Part shown: piece after piece, positions 15,588 through 30,778 of the stretch | How positions within the stretch are numbered: position 1 is the first letter of the stretch | How the letters are laid out: every line of letters starts with the position of its first letter | Source of the DNA: the human T2T-CHM13v2.0 reference genome, Homo sapiens | DNA: 64,000 nucleotides | Assembly: GCF_009914755.1 (NCBI RefSeq) | Contig: NC_060940.1 | Strand: one strand, 5' to 3' | Program-made: the position numbers and the translations under genes | Notes under the pieces: model-generated | The model's input: only the letters and a program-made list of their open reading frames with translations | What the model was told of the DNA's origin: nothing | Databases searched by the model: none

Positions 15588-15722
15588 GTAGCCATGCTGT
15601 CAGGAAACTACAGATAGTTCCATTCATAAGAAATTTCTATGGTTCTCATTGGCCAGTAGCCATCAGGAAACTACAGACAGTTCCATTCATAAGAAATTTC
15701 TGTGGTTCTCATTGGCCAGTAG
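15588..15722. repeat. Tandem duplication with 68/63-bp units
   Basis: TCAGGAAACTACAGA(T/C)AGTTCC...ATTGGCCAGTAG twice, 2 substitutions. Confidence 0.95.
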
Positions 15723-16385
15723 TTGAAACATGACCCAGGGAACTACTTACATTCCATCTTAAAAGCCCAGGGATGCTTCCTCTTCTAAGAAGCCTTCCTT
15801 GACTCCCCCAGCCCGAGTTCCTATCTCCATATTCTCTGTGAACATTGTCTACTTTGTCATGTCATTATTTAGGTCCACATTTACTTCTCCTTCTTGAACT
15901 CCTCTAGATTTATGCCCCTATCTCATTTTGCTTCTCCAAATTATGGTATGGATCTGGCACAGTGTTTATTTATGTTGAATAAATGAATGAATGAGTGAAT
16001 GAGACAGCAGAAGAATTTGGTGAGAACAGCTTCCTAGGACCACTGCCAATTATACAACTACTAACTGTTAACATTCATGAAGCACATTATAAATATGCTA
16101 GGACCATAATAATCACAGCAACTATACACAGTAGGCATTCTCTTATTAATCCTGATGTAACAGAAGAAGAAACTGAGGCTTAGGAGAAGTTTAATACTTG
16201 TTCGAGTTCACACATCTAGTGATACAAGGGGGTGGGCCTAAACTCAGTAATGGCTGACTCCATGGTCTTAACCCTTTGCAAAACTAAGGATGTGGCTGGA
16301 TTGCAGTCCATCTCCCAGGAAAGAAACAATCTGGAAAACAAAGAGTCTTTTTAATTCAGAATAAAGATTAAAAAGAATAAGAGAG

Positions 16386-16690
16386 GGCTGGGAGCGGGGC
16401 TCATGCCTGTAATCCCAGCACTTTGGGAGGCCGAGGTGGGTGGATCACCTGAGGTCAGGAGTTCGAGACCAGCCTGACCAACATGGTGAAACCCTGTCTC
16501 TACTGAAAATACAAAAATTAGCTGGGTGTAGTAGCAGGCGCCTGTAATCTCAGCTACCTGGGAGGCTGAGGCAAGAGAATTGCTTGAACGTGGGAAGCAG
16601 AGGTTGCAGTGAGCCAAGATGGCTCAGGTGCACTCTAGCCTGGGTGACAGAGTGAGACACCGTCTCAAAAAAAAAAAAAAAAAAAAAAAG
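16386..16690 (+). mobile_element. AluS
   Basis: Alu consensus; TSD AAAAAGAATAAGA. Confidence 0.95.
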
Positions 16691-16842
16691 AATAAGAAAG
16701 TAAGCAAAGATGAGGTAGGGACTGTATTTTTAATCCACTTTAAAAATTGTGAAAATTAAAGATGATCATAAAGATAAAGATAACTTATTCTCTTGTGTGG
16801 GTATGACTAGTTATCAAGAAGAGAGACTTTTTAAAACAAAAC

Positions 16843-16966
16843 TATTTATTTTGTAGAGATGGTTTATCACTGTGTTGCCCAGGTTGGTCTCCAACTCCTG
16901 GTCTGAGGCGATCCTCCTGCGTCCCAAAGTGTTGGAGTTACAAGCATGAGCCACTGTGCCCAGCCT
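16843..16966 (-). mobile_element. FLAM
   Basis: Single antisense left monomer. Confidence 0.85.
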
Positions 16967-17305
16967 GAGAGAGGCTTCTTGATCAGCTTGCTGAGTGCAA
17001 TGTGATGGGCTAGTTTCTGTGCCAACCAGAGATGAGGGTGACGTGGCAGCAACAATGCAGTTTATAAAAAGCCCAAACTATCCCACATCTCCATGTGCAC
17101 TTCTTCTCTAGGTGTTGGGGAAGATATTCATGATATTGAACAGTTGTTGACATATATATTGATTGTATCTCTGGGCGGAGCCTAGCTACTCCAGGCCACT
17201 TTTTATATTCCAGTTATGAAACCATCTACGTTTTGGATTAAACACAGAGCCCTGACCTACAGGCAGGAGGCAGAGTGGCAAAGTGTGTAAGAACGTGGGT
17301 CTTTT

Positions 17306-17395
17306 GTCTATGGCCATACTACCCTGAACATACCCGATCTCGTCTGATCTTGGAAACTAAGCAGGGTCAGGCCTGGTTAGTACTTGGATGGGAGA
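17306..17395 (+). pseudogene. 5S rRNA retropseudogene (nt ~1-90, 3'-truncated, no poly-A); possibly RNA5SP405 (from memory)
   Basis: GTCTATGGCCATACTACCCTGAAC...GGTTAGTACTTGGATGGGAGA matches human 5S with CpG decay. Confidence 0.93.
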
Positions 17396-17651
17396 ATATG
17401 GGTTTTGGTGTCAGAAAATTTTAGGTTTCGGTCGTGGGACTCCACACACATCAACTATTACTTGTTGTTTTATTTTTATTCCTATCCTGACACAGTCATT
17501 CATGAATTCTGAGAATTTGGTCAAGTCATTCTTTACCACAGAGTTTTTGTAACTGGAACTTGGATTTGATAATACTCAGTTTCCAGAATGGTCACTAGAA
17601 AAAAATGAGCTAAGAGTTATGATGCTGTGGTAGCTCAGGGAAACCTGGGGG

Positions 17652-17805
17652 CAGGACTGGTTTCATGGTCACATGGCCTGAACAGCCACAGGGGCCCTGC
17701 ACTTGGACGGTCCCATCCCATACTTGGTTTAATGGTCCGCTATTGCCATCTTAAAATTCTTAATAATTTTTGAACAAGGGTCCCCACACTTCATTTTGCA
17801 AGGGG
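17652..17805. mobile_element. MER91A-like hAT MITE, interrupted by an Alu
   Basis: CTTGGTTTAATG..GCCATCTTAAAATTCTTAATAATTTTTGAACAAGGG; AATTATGTAG resumes after the Alu. Confidence 0.7.
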
Positions 17806-17811
17806 TAGTTC

Positions 17812-18103
<292 letters not shown>

Positions 18104-18653
18104 AATTATGTAGTTCTTTCTACCTGGGAGAGCTGCTGGGTTTATTGAAGCATCAGTTCCAGGAGAAGGGTGCTGGCCTGAAGGAGCTGACCCATGAGGG
18201 ACTGTTTCCTGGTCATTCACCACCATTTCCACACGCAGTGTCAAAAGAAGTGAGTTATCCACTGGTTCGATTTTTGAGAAACCAGGATATGTCCTTTCTT
18301 AACCCCACACCTCTGCACACACTGACCTCTTTGCTGAAAAACACCCGTCCCCTGAGCACCTGTCAATACCAAATTCTTAGTCCCCCCATCGTTCGCTCTT
18401 TGTGAGAGCAAGACCTGTCCAACTTGTGAGTGCACCGCATGGCAGCATGGGTCTAGGGACATTTGGAGGTCCAGGCTTCCTCCTTTCATGTGAGATAGAT
18501 TTTTGTCTCATCTTCATGTGATCACTGGGTATGGTGGTGAAGAATAGACCAGCCTGCCTAGGTTCACATCTTAGCTCTGCTCATCTCTAGCTCCATGATT
18601 TTGTGAGTTACATAAATACACAATCCCTTGTCTCTTCACCTGTAAAAAGGAAA

Positions 18654-18810
18654 TAGCTGGGTGTGGTGGTGCACACCTGTAGTCTCAGCTACTCTGGAGG
18701 CTGTTAGGAAGATCACTTAAGCTCAGAAGTTAGAGGCTGCAGTGAGCTATGATTGTGCCGTTGCACTCTAGCCTAGGCACCGGGTGAGACGCCGTCTCTA
18801 AAAAAGAGAA
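18654..18810 (+). mobile_element. Right Alu monomer (FRAM or truncated AluJ) within a MIR
   Basis: AGCTGGGTGTGGTGG...GCCGTCTCTAAAAA. Confidence 0.85.
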
Positions 18811-20098
18811 AGAAATAATGCTGAAATTGTTTATATTTCTAGGTTAATGATGAGGTGCAAATAAATCAACGCAAAGCACCTGAAGCCATGGCTGGTGCAT
18901 AGTAGGCAGTCATATTTGTAATTACTAGAAATATTACACTTTTTCTCCTTCTATAACCCAATTAAGTAAGACCTGTAGAGCCCATCAGAACCAGTTTTGT
19001 ACTTCTCCTGGGAGCTTGCTGGCTATACATACCTAGGCACCATACACCCACTCACCTAGGTTGAGTCTCATTCCCTTCAACCATAAGAATTCTAGGAGTG
19101 AGACCTGGCATCTGCTGGAAATGGTATCATTTCATAGAATAAATATGGTCTTGGGTCCTAGAAACCCATGCTTGAAATTCATCTCTTCTACATACAAGCT
19201 ATGTCAGATTCCAAGTTATGAAAACTCTTTAAGCCTTATTTTTCCCCTTTAAAAAGAAGATAATAGTGCCTGTTTAAAGAGGTGCTTTCTCCACCAAAGA
19301 ACATGAACTCCATAAAAGCAGGGGGTTTTGCCTGCTTTATTCACTGCTGCATTCCTCAGACAGTGCCTAGCACGTAGGACATGCAAAAGAAGTATTTGTG
19401 AAGGATAGAATTGTTGAGAGAATGAAAGTATTAGATTTATGTAAAGTACCTAGTGTGGCGATGAGTATCTACAGAGCAGACACTGGGTAAAACCATGGCT
19501 ATGGATGTTATTGAGGTAGCTGTGGGTCCAGCCAAACCAGTCCCATTCAGAGCGGGACTACCTGCCTTGGGCATGTTGCTGGGATTGGGAAGTGATTTTA
19601 GATAGCAAGAGTGAGCAGAGGAGCTGAAGCGGAAACCCAGGCACAGGGCCCCGCCACTCCCCGCCCCGGGAAGAACCAGAGAAAGAGATGGATACAGATC
19701 ATTCAGCAGCTCCCAGAAATGTGGCACCAGGGATGGTCCCAGCTCACCCTCCTGTGGGCCGGGACGAGGCTCCCGAATCTGACTCATTTCTATTGGAATA
19801 AGCTTAAAATCCTTGTATAACTTAGCTTGTTCTAGGAGGACATTTGTATTCCAGCCAGGGAGGGAGCTGGGAAAAGCTGGCACACACTGAAACACACTCC
19901 ACTCCACTCCAAAGGCAAGCTTGATTATCGTTGCACTTATTTTGACTAGGCGAGTGTTAGATCCTAATCAAGCAGAGAGGCGCAAATTGGCCCCAAATTA
20001 AAAACCAAAAGGGAAGAAGGATCATTTAGAAAGCATGTCAATAGGAGCCTCTGGCCCGACGCACCGGCCACAGGGCCCAGCAGAAAGATGGAGGCGTG

Positions 20099-21313
<1,215 letters not shown>

Positions 21314-21387
21314 GGAGGCGTGTTTTAAGACTGATTTAGATTCAGGCCCAAAGTATTCTTACAGTAAATTAGGAAAAAGTGGCCCTA

Positions 21388-22189
<802 letters not shown>

Positions 22190-23152
22190 TCACTTCATGC
22201 TGCGTTGCTTGCAAGCTGGGCGATCCTAGCCTCTCTGAGCCTCAAGAGACTCATCTGAGCCTCATCTCCAATCAAAGATAGTATGAAGGCTGCGGTGTAG
22301 TCAGGATTATGTGAACAAAGAAAGGAAATGTGGTTGGTAAGAGAACACTTTGCATATAGTATTGCTTAACAAATATTCTCCCAGTCCACGCCTCCACAAT
22401 CTGCAATCCCAAATTCCATGATCAGGTTTCAGGCCCTAGGTGACCCCAGGAAAGTCAATGTGTACTGCAATAAATGAGAGAGTCTCACCTCTGATTGCTT
22501 TTTCTCCAGGATCTTCCTGGAGTCTCTGCTCTCAGGCTCTGACATCCATAGGTTCCTGGAAGGAGGACAGAGCAAGGGAGCGACTGGATGAGGGCAGGCT
22601 AATGGGCATCACAATATCAGGGCAAGAGTATGGTGGGTTCTCAGTGCAGATGCCCAGTGACCCAGGCAGCATTTAAGGGAGCTGTAAGTGTGGATGCCTG
22701 AATGGCCTCTTCAGCATCTACCACCGAAGCCTGACCACAGCACCTTACATTCACCATCATCTATAGTCAGTCATTCAGTACACAGCGACTGAAGCCCACT
22801 TTATGCTAGGCCTGTGCTGGCCTGATAGGGTGCAAGTCATGGATCCTGCTCTTATGCTATGTGCCATACAGAGAAAGTCGGCTTTCCCTTCTCTTTCCAG
22901 ACCTCTTGAGAATACCCCAAATTACCATTTTCCCCATTCTACATGGCTTCCAGGTTGCTCTCTGTCCTGGACCCTTGTCCAAAAGACATATTCTAGTTCA
23001 TCCATTTCTGTGCTAATGTGTAATCCCTAAAACTGGAGGTGCTCCATTAAATAGCAGGGGCGGGGGGGGGTCTCACCAGCATGGAGTGAGGATTTTGGAT
23101 TACAGATGTTTGGTGTCTTCATAAGGAAAGCCTATTAAAAAAAAAACTGACG

Positions 23153-23410
<258 letters not shown>

Positions 23411-23699
23411 TCATCATCTGCCCATATCTCTTTGGCCATCTCTGTGCAAGACATTGATATAACTGTGCTGTGAACAATTTTAATGAACTCAAATCACAAT
23501 CTCCAGAAATTAGCAGTGGTAAAATTCGGTTTAGGTAAGAACATGCCATGAGTGGGTACATTCTCAGAAGGAAGAATACCAATGTTGTAATTGTGAAGTG
23601 GAAAGAGACAGTTGTCAAAGGAAACACAGAGGTGGTCATTATTTGCTTGGTCTCCACCTCTTTCTTCTCCTCTCACTTATATTTTGTACGTTTTTGACT

Positions 23700-24250
23700 T
23701 CAGAGTTATCATCTACTCATGGACTGGCAAATTAACTTCTCCAGCCCAGACACATCCTCAGTGTTCCATATTTTTACATCCAACTGCCTCTAAATACTTC
23801 CTCCTAGATGTTTCAAAATATCCCAAACTGAAGCTGTGCTCTTCACAAATCCCTTTGCTAAAGCTGGTTCTCTTTCAGAGCTACCTCTATTGGTGAAGTC
23901 AACAATATCCATTCTTTTGCACAAAGCACAAACTTAGGAATCTTTTCTTTCTCCCTCAGTCTCCCATATATAATTAACCACTCACCTATTGATTGTAATT
24001 TTAAAAGTCACTTGAGTCTGTCTACTTCTCTTCTATCTCCTGCCAATACCCTAGTTTAAAATCCCATTTCTTTCATCAGAACTCTCAAGAGTATCCCAGT
24101 TGGTCTTCTCACATGCAATCTCTCCCTCACTGCAGCCAGAGGAATGTTTTCCAAATGCGCAGCTGATCACATTATCCTGCCATTGACTCTGTGTTCCTGG
24201 GTACATACTTAAAACTCTTAGTGGTATCTCCTTGTTCCTATGATAAAGAT
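23700..24250 (+). mobile_element. L2 fragment
   Basis: CTCCAGCCCAGAC..CCAACTGCCT..CACTGCAGCCAGAG..GATCACATT. Confidence 0.7.
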
Positions 24251-26289
24251 GACACCTTGGAGCTGAAAGTCAAGTCAACTCCCCATGACTAATTATGTGA
24301 ACTATGAGTGCAGGAAGAGTCCTTTCTCAAAGCCAAATACAGGGCTGTTATCTGCATAAGAGGTGTGGATACTGGGTAGGTAAAGACAGCAGGTGTTCAC
24401 TGAAAGTCTCTCTCTCCAAGAGAAGCAGCCTCTCAATGGAAAACCTTACAAGGAATAAACAGTTGTTCAAGGACCTATACAGGTGGGCTGAGATATTGAG
24501 TTTAGCAAGAGACTGGGAGGCCAGGTAAAGTTATAGTTATAGAAAAGCTACAACTAAGTGGAATCAGGACATGTGTACCAACTTTATTTCAGCCCCATTA
24601 AGATAACACTGGCTGGTGAGGCCAAGGCACTCAATATACACACTGCAGCTGAAGCATGTCTATTCATGGATTGGGGGAAGCTGGGGCTGACAGGAGTTTG
24701 GCATGACTTGGTCATAATGAATTTCTGTTGGTTTCTCCCTGCTCAAAAACCATCTGTGAATAATGCCTTCTAGAACTGAACTAGGGTTAGACGTGACCCT
24801 GCCCAATCTGTATTTCCTGGGATCCAGCCTTGATTGTTTGTCTTGCCTGAAATTGAGCTCATTTGTCTGTATCAGATCTCCTGGTGTTTTTCTCACCCAC
24901 CTGCCCTGGATTTTTGTTCTTTCTTTCTTGAAGTTCAACTTTACCTTATAATGGATGCCTCCATTTAAGCCACTGATTGAAGTTCTGGGAGAGAAAGGAA
25001 GATTAGATGTACTTTTTTTCCTATGCATTCCATCTCCCATGTCTCTCCAGAGATATTAAACAATCAAGCCAGGTCACCCCCCTGTTTAAAAGCTTCCAGT
25101 TTTCTGCAGACTGAAGTTCAGGTGCTCAAATGTGGCATATAAAATTCTTTGTAACATAATCTGTATCTTGGAGGGTTTCTTTGCTGCAGACACAGAAACT
25201 ATCTAGAACAAAAGGAAAGCCTTAAAAAGAATGCATTGGAAAGAGCTCATAGGATGTAAGGAAAAACTGAACAAAGAGGTGCTGAGAAAGAACTGGAACC
25301 AAGAACTGGACAGGAATCCAGGAAACAGGAATGAAGAAACAATGTCTTTAAGACCTGGTGACCAACATGAACCAGCTCCAAGACTTTTCCTTCAACCCCT
25401 CCATGACTTAAATTAATAAGAACCCTCCCATTGTGTGACTTTTGGTGTGGGTACCAATCAAGGTATCTCACTTCCCTTGGGTAAAAGGCAATGATCTAAG
25501 CTCAGCCTACTTGGGTAGAAAGAACAGCGCCATTCTTAAGCCCATGCATGGAGCATCCTTGCCTCATGCCATATACCTTAAGAGGTCTCCACTCTAGTCC
25601 TTCACCTGCTACGTGCCTTTCCATGAGATAAGGAGGCCACAGGCCAAGGGCACATACCTTCCAGGACCTGAACCCTCCCTCTGGACCTTCATGTTGCTTG
25701 CAGAGACTCCAGACTTCTCTGCCCAAGTTGCCTCTTTCTTGGATCTCTTCTCCTAAGGAGAGATTGTGTGCCAATGTTTAAGGAATATAGAGCCTGTGGT
25801 CCACTGATCTTCAGTGTGAGTGTTGTGTTGTACTCACACACTCGGAAAAAGCAACTCAGAGTAAGAGATAGAACTGGGAGTAGGAAGAGAAGTGGAGGGC
25901 AGACAGAGGGTTGGGATTTAAGAACCATAAGCTAGGAGCCAGCTCTTCCCATGCTGCCAATATTGGCAAATAAATCTGAGAAATAGAGGATTCTAAATCT
26001 AAACTTGACCTTCCAGGCCATTATGAACATAGGAGGAGAGTATATGTTTCACTGAGCAGTTTGTTGGATTGCTTTATAATTTTCAGGTACCTAGGTATGT
26101 GGTATATTTCCTTTCATTGGTGCCATTACCCTGGCCCCTGCAAATGTGCTAGATGGGTCTGTCAAAGGAAATTAGGGTGCCGCTACTTAAAGAAAGGGCA
26201 CAAGAGTGGCCCACATGATGCTGACATGCTGTTTTCTCAGATCTGGTGAGCTGGCCCCCATGTGTTCAATTGCCCCAGTGCTTCCAGTC

Positions 26290-26948
26290 TTGCCTCTAGG
26301 GTCTTTTCTCAGCAGAGTAGCCAGAGGGATCTTTCAAAGCATATAACAGATCAGGCCACTTGCCGGGTCAAAAGCCTCCAATGACTCCCCCTGTCTCTCA
26401 GAAGAGTAAAAGTCCTTCGTGTATTTCCCAAAACCTTACATGATATGGATGTATCCCAGCCCCACTCACTCTATAACCCCTCTCTTGCCACTCTCCTGTG
26501 GCTTCCTCTGCTCCATCCACATGGTCCTCCTCATTGTCCCTCAGCGACGTCAAGCTCAGCCCTCTGGATCTGCCATCCCAGTGCCTGGAATGCTCTTCCC
26601 CGATTGCCCCTGTGGTGAGTTCTCAGGTCCTTCAACTCTCCACTGATGATGCCTTCTCTGACTCAACTAAAAAGGGAGAACTCTATTCCCAAGCAGCATT
26701 TTCCTTCCACCTTCCCTACATTATTGTCCCCAATAACACTTGTCATCACACGGTGCATTTACTTGTTGATTTGTATACTGCCTATCTAGACAGACTAGAA
26801 TAAAATCACAAGGAAACCTGTGTCTGTTTCCCCACTATAGCCCCAGCACCTGAGCCTATAGCCCCCACACCTGTACTGCAAGCACCTAGAAGGGTCCTGA
26901 ACTCAGAGTCTCAGACTAGGCATTGCCCTAATGTTGAGTAAATGAATG
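26290..26948 (+). mobile_element. L2 3' region
   Basis: CAGAGTAGCCAGAGGGATCTTT..CAGATCA..GTGCCTGGAATGCTCTTCCC..AAATGAATG. Confidence 0.75.
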
Positions 26949-27003
26949 CCTACATGCCCACACCCCTGAGCCTCTGCTCATGGGCCCTCTCTACCTAGGA
27001 TGA

Positions 27004-27375
<372 letters not shown>

Positions 27376-27827
27376 TGGTTCTTCCTTCAAGGTCTAGCTC
27401 AGTGTTGCCTGATCTCGGTGACATCAGAGATAAGGCAACACTTTTTACTTTATCTCCATCTGACATCACTTTTTGTCCATCTCACCCCAGCAGAATTCTA
27501 CACCTTCTTTTGGGTACTGCCATCATATTTTACATACACTTCTATAATAATGCTCACCCTATTAAATTACTGTCCTGTTTTTTCAAAAATGTATATAAGA
27601 AGTACATGAATACATTCACATTATTAAATATAGGTAAAGTGAAGATGTCTATTACACTCTAAATCTATCTTTCCTTCCCAGAAGGAATCTTGCCTGGGAA
27701 TTTACATACATATATAGAAATAAAAATGTGAAGTTTTGTTTTGAGTGTGTGTATGTGTGCTTTTTTATATATACATTTTCTATTAGTATTTGCAGCTTCT
27801 CCATGAAATACTTTGGACAACTGTCCA

Positions 27828-28190
27828 TTTTATTTTATTTTATTTTTATTTTATGTGGGTACATAGTGGGTGTATATATTTGTGGTATGCATGAGATGTT
27901 TTGAAACAGGCATGCAATGTGCAATAACCACATCAGGGAGAATGGGGTATCCTTTCCCTCAATCATTTATCCTTTGTGTTACAAACAATCCAATTACACT
28001 ATTTTAATTATGAAATATACAATTAAGTTATTATTGACTAGAATCACCCTGTCATTCTATAAAATAGTAGGTCTTATTCATTCTATTTTTTTGTACTCAT
28101 TAAGCATCTCCACCTCCCCCCACCCTTTCACTACCCTTCCTATCCTCTGGTAGCCATCCTTCTACTCTCTTATGTCCATGGGTTCAATTC
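27828..28190 (-). mobile_element. L1MA-type 3' end nested in an older L1ME-like relic (~27550-28680)
   Basis: GTGGGTACATAGTGGGTGTATATATTT..CATGCAATG..ACAAACAATCCAATTA. Confidence 0.8.
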
Positions 28191-28681
28191 AACTCATGGA
28201 CATTTTATACCTGTATATATTCTCCATTTCGAAAAACTTCCGCATTGAATTACATAGAATTGCATGGCGATTTTGTCAGCCATTCTCCATCTTATAGATA
28301 CTTAGATGGTTTTCATTATTGCAACAATGCCTCAGTGAATGTTCTTATACCAGTCTCTCAGTGCAGACATATTTCTGTAGACTAGACACCTAAATGGGAA
28401 ATGGAGGATCTGAAAAGAGTACAGATTTTAATCTACCAATTTGCCCTCTAAAAAGCCTGCAGAAACAACACTTCGCATGAACGCACAATATTTCCAGTGT
28501 TTTTACTGTCTGCATATTTACTGGGATAAAATATCTCATTTAAGTTTTATTTTTTATTTCTCTGATTATTACTGAAGTTGGACATGTTTGTGTCTATTTA
28601 CTGGAAATTAGATTCTCTCCCCCTTTGACTTGTCTGTCCATATTTGGAGGCTCATTTTTCTTTCCTATTGCTGTCAGTATC

Positions 28682-28997
28682 TTTCTTTCTTTTTTTTTTT
28701 TTTTTTGAGACGGAGTTTCACTCTTGTCTCTTGTTGCCCAGGCTGGAGCGCAGTGGCATGATCGCTTCTCACTGCAACATCTGCTTACTGTGTTCAAGGG
28801 ATTCTCCTGCCTCAGCCTCCTGAGTAGCTGGGATTACAGGCGCATGCCAACACGCCCAGCTAATTTTTTGTATTTTTAGTAGAGATGGGGTTTCATCATG
28901 TTGGCCAGGGTGGTCTCCAGCTCCTGACCTCAGGTGATCCACCCGCCTCAGCCTCCCAAAGTGCAGGGATTACAGGGGTGAGCCACCGCATTCGGCC
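28682..28997 (-). mobile_element. AluS
   Basis: TSD TGCTGTCAGTAT. Confidence 0.95.
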
Positions 28998-29448
28998 TGC
29001 TGTCAGTATGTTTCTATGTCTCTGCTTGTCTTACTTGACTGTGAACACTTGTGGGGTGTTCATCACATTAACCTCAGGTTCTCCCTTCCAGGACACACAG
29101 CTGGTGCTTAATGAATGTTTATTCAGTTGTGTTATGGAAGTCATAAGTATTACCCTTAACATAGTTGTCACTGTCATCTTCATCATCATCACTATTCATT
29201 TATACTTCCTGTATGCTAAGCACTGCCTTAAGAGGTATGCATCCATCTCCCTAATTTTCATATTACCTCACCCAACATGGTCACTATTGATATCTCTGTT
29301 TTGCAGATAAGCAGCCGAGATGGAAACTACCTAGGCTGTCCAAGTACACTGAGCACACTCAGCTCTGGGGAGGTGAGCTTATGAAGCTAGTGCTTCTCCT
29401 TCACAGCTATGGTCTTCATCCTGGCTACACGTTGGAATCACCTAAACA

Positions 29449-29766
<318 letters not shown>

Positions 29767-29959
29767 ATTTTCAAAATAGAATTACATAAACATTATTTTA
29801 AAAGATTCCTTTGTTCCAGCCCTACTCTAGGCCAATCGATTCAGAATCTCAGGGAATGGGTCTGGAGAAGTAACATTAAAAAACGAACAAACAAAACAAA
29901 ACCCTGAAATCCTGTAGGTGATTCTGATGCACTGAAATAATGGGAGCCATTGGTCTACA

Positions 29960-30160
29960 TCAGAAGTACGGAAACTTTTTCTGTGAAAGGCCTGATAGTA
30001 AATATTTTAGATTTTGCAGGCCGTGAAGTCTCTGTGGCAACTACTCAACTTGGCTGTCGAGACATAGAAAAAAAAATGAGTGTGGTTGTGTTTCAATAAA
30101 ACCTTATTCACAAAAACAAATGGCAGCCACATTGGGCCCATGGACTGCAATATTGGCCTC
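29960..30160. mobile_element. MER58A-like
   Basis: AAACTTTTTCTGTGAAAGGCC..GATAGTAAATATTTTAG..CAATAAAACCTTATT. Confidence 0.75.
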
Positions 30161-30744
30161 TGAGCCAATAGCACCCAAGAGTTTCTATCATAATACTTTA
30201 ACAAGCCTGCAATTTAGGACTGTCCCAGTCAAACCATGATCTCTGATCACATTAAGCATCATGGTCATTCTCCATGGATGATGGCTTAAGAATCCTTGCC
30301 CGATCTCGGGAGAGTCTGCTTCAGTGGGTCTGGGCCTGGGAGTCTGCATTATAATGCAGGTCATTAAGATGTAGGTAGTAGACCTTATGGACCACACTGG
30401 AAGAATCACTGATCTACTGATGCATAATTGTTCCTGGCAAGCAGCAAAAGCTTGGCTGAAGAAGCAGAACTGGCTCTTATTCAAAAATCCTTTAAGATCA
30501 CAGATAGGCATTCTGTGCCCCCCGCCTGCCTTATGTTCCAGCATCCTGCCTCCAGCGTTCTGAAACCTTTCACGCCCCAGCATCAAACCCTCCCAGACTG
30601 AATGTTGACAGAGAAGAAAGAAAGCTATCCCTTCTCTTTAACTCTGAAATTAGTCAAAGACCAAAGTCCTTGTCTATTTCAAAATATTGAAAAAGAAAGT
30701 GGCTGTTTAACCACCTACATAATAAAACTGATGCTGGCATTTAT

Positions 30745-30747
<3 letters not shown>

Positions 30748-30776
<29 letters not shown>
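30748..30776. repeat. (TG)n microsatellite
   Basis: Read directly from the sequence. Confidence 0.95.

Positions 30777-30778
<2 letters not shown>

Noticed and set aside
17306-17395. Functional 5S rRNA gene
   Set aside because: Lacks the last ~30 nt and the terminator, and carries multiple CpG-type mutations.
26834-26873. Short repeat CTATAGCCCC..CACCTG x2
   Set aside because: Trivial slippage duplication inside an L2 relic.
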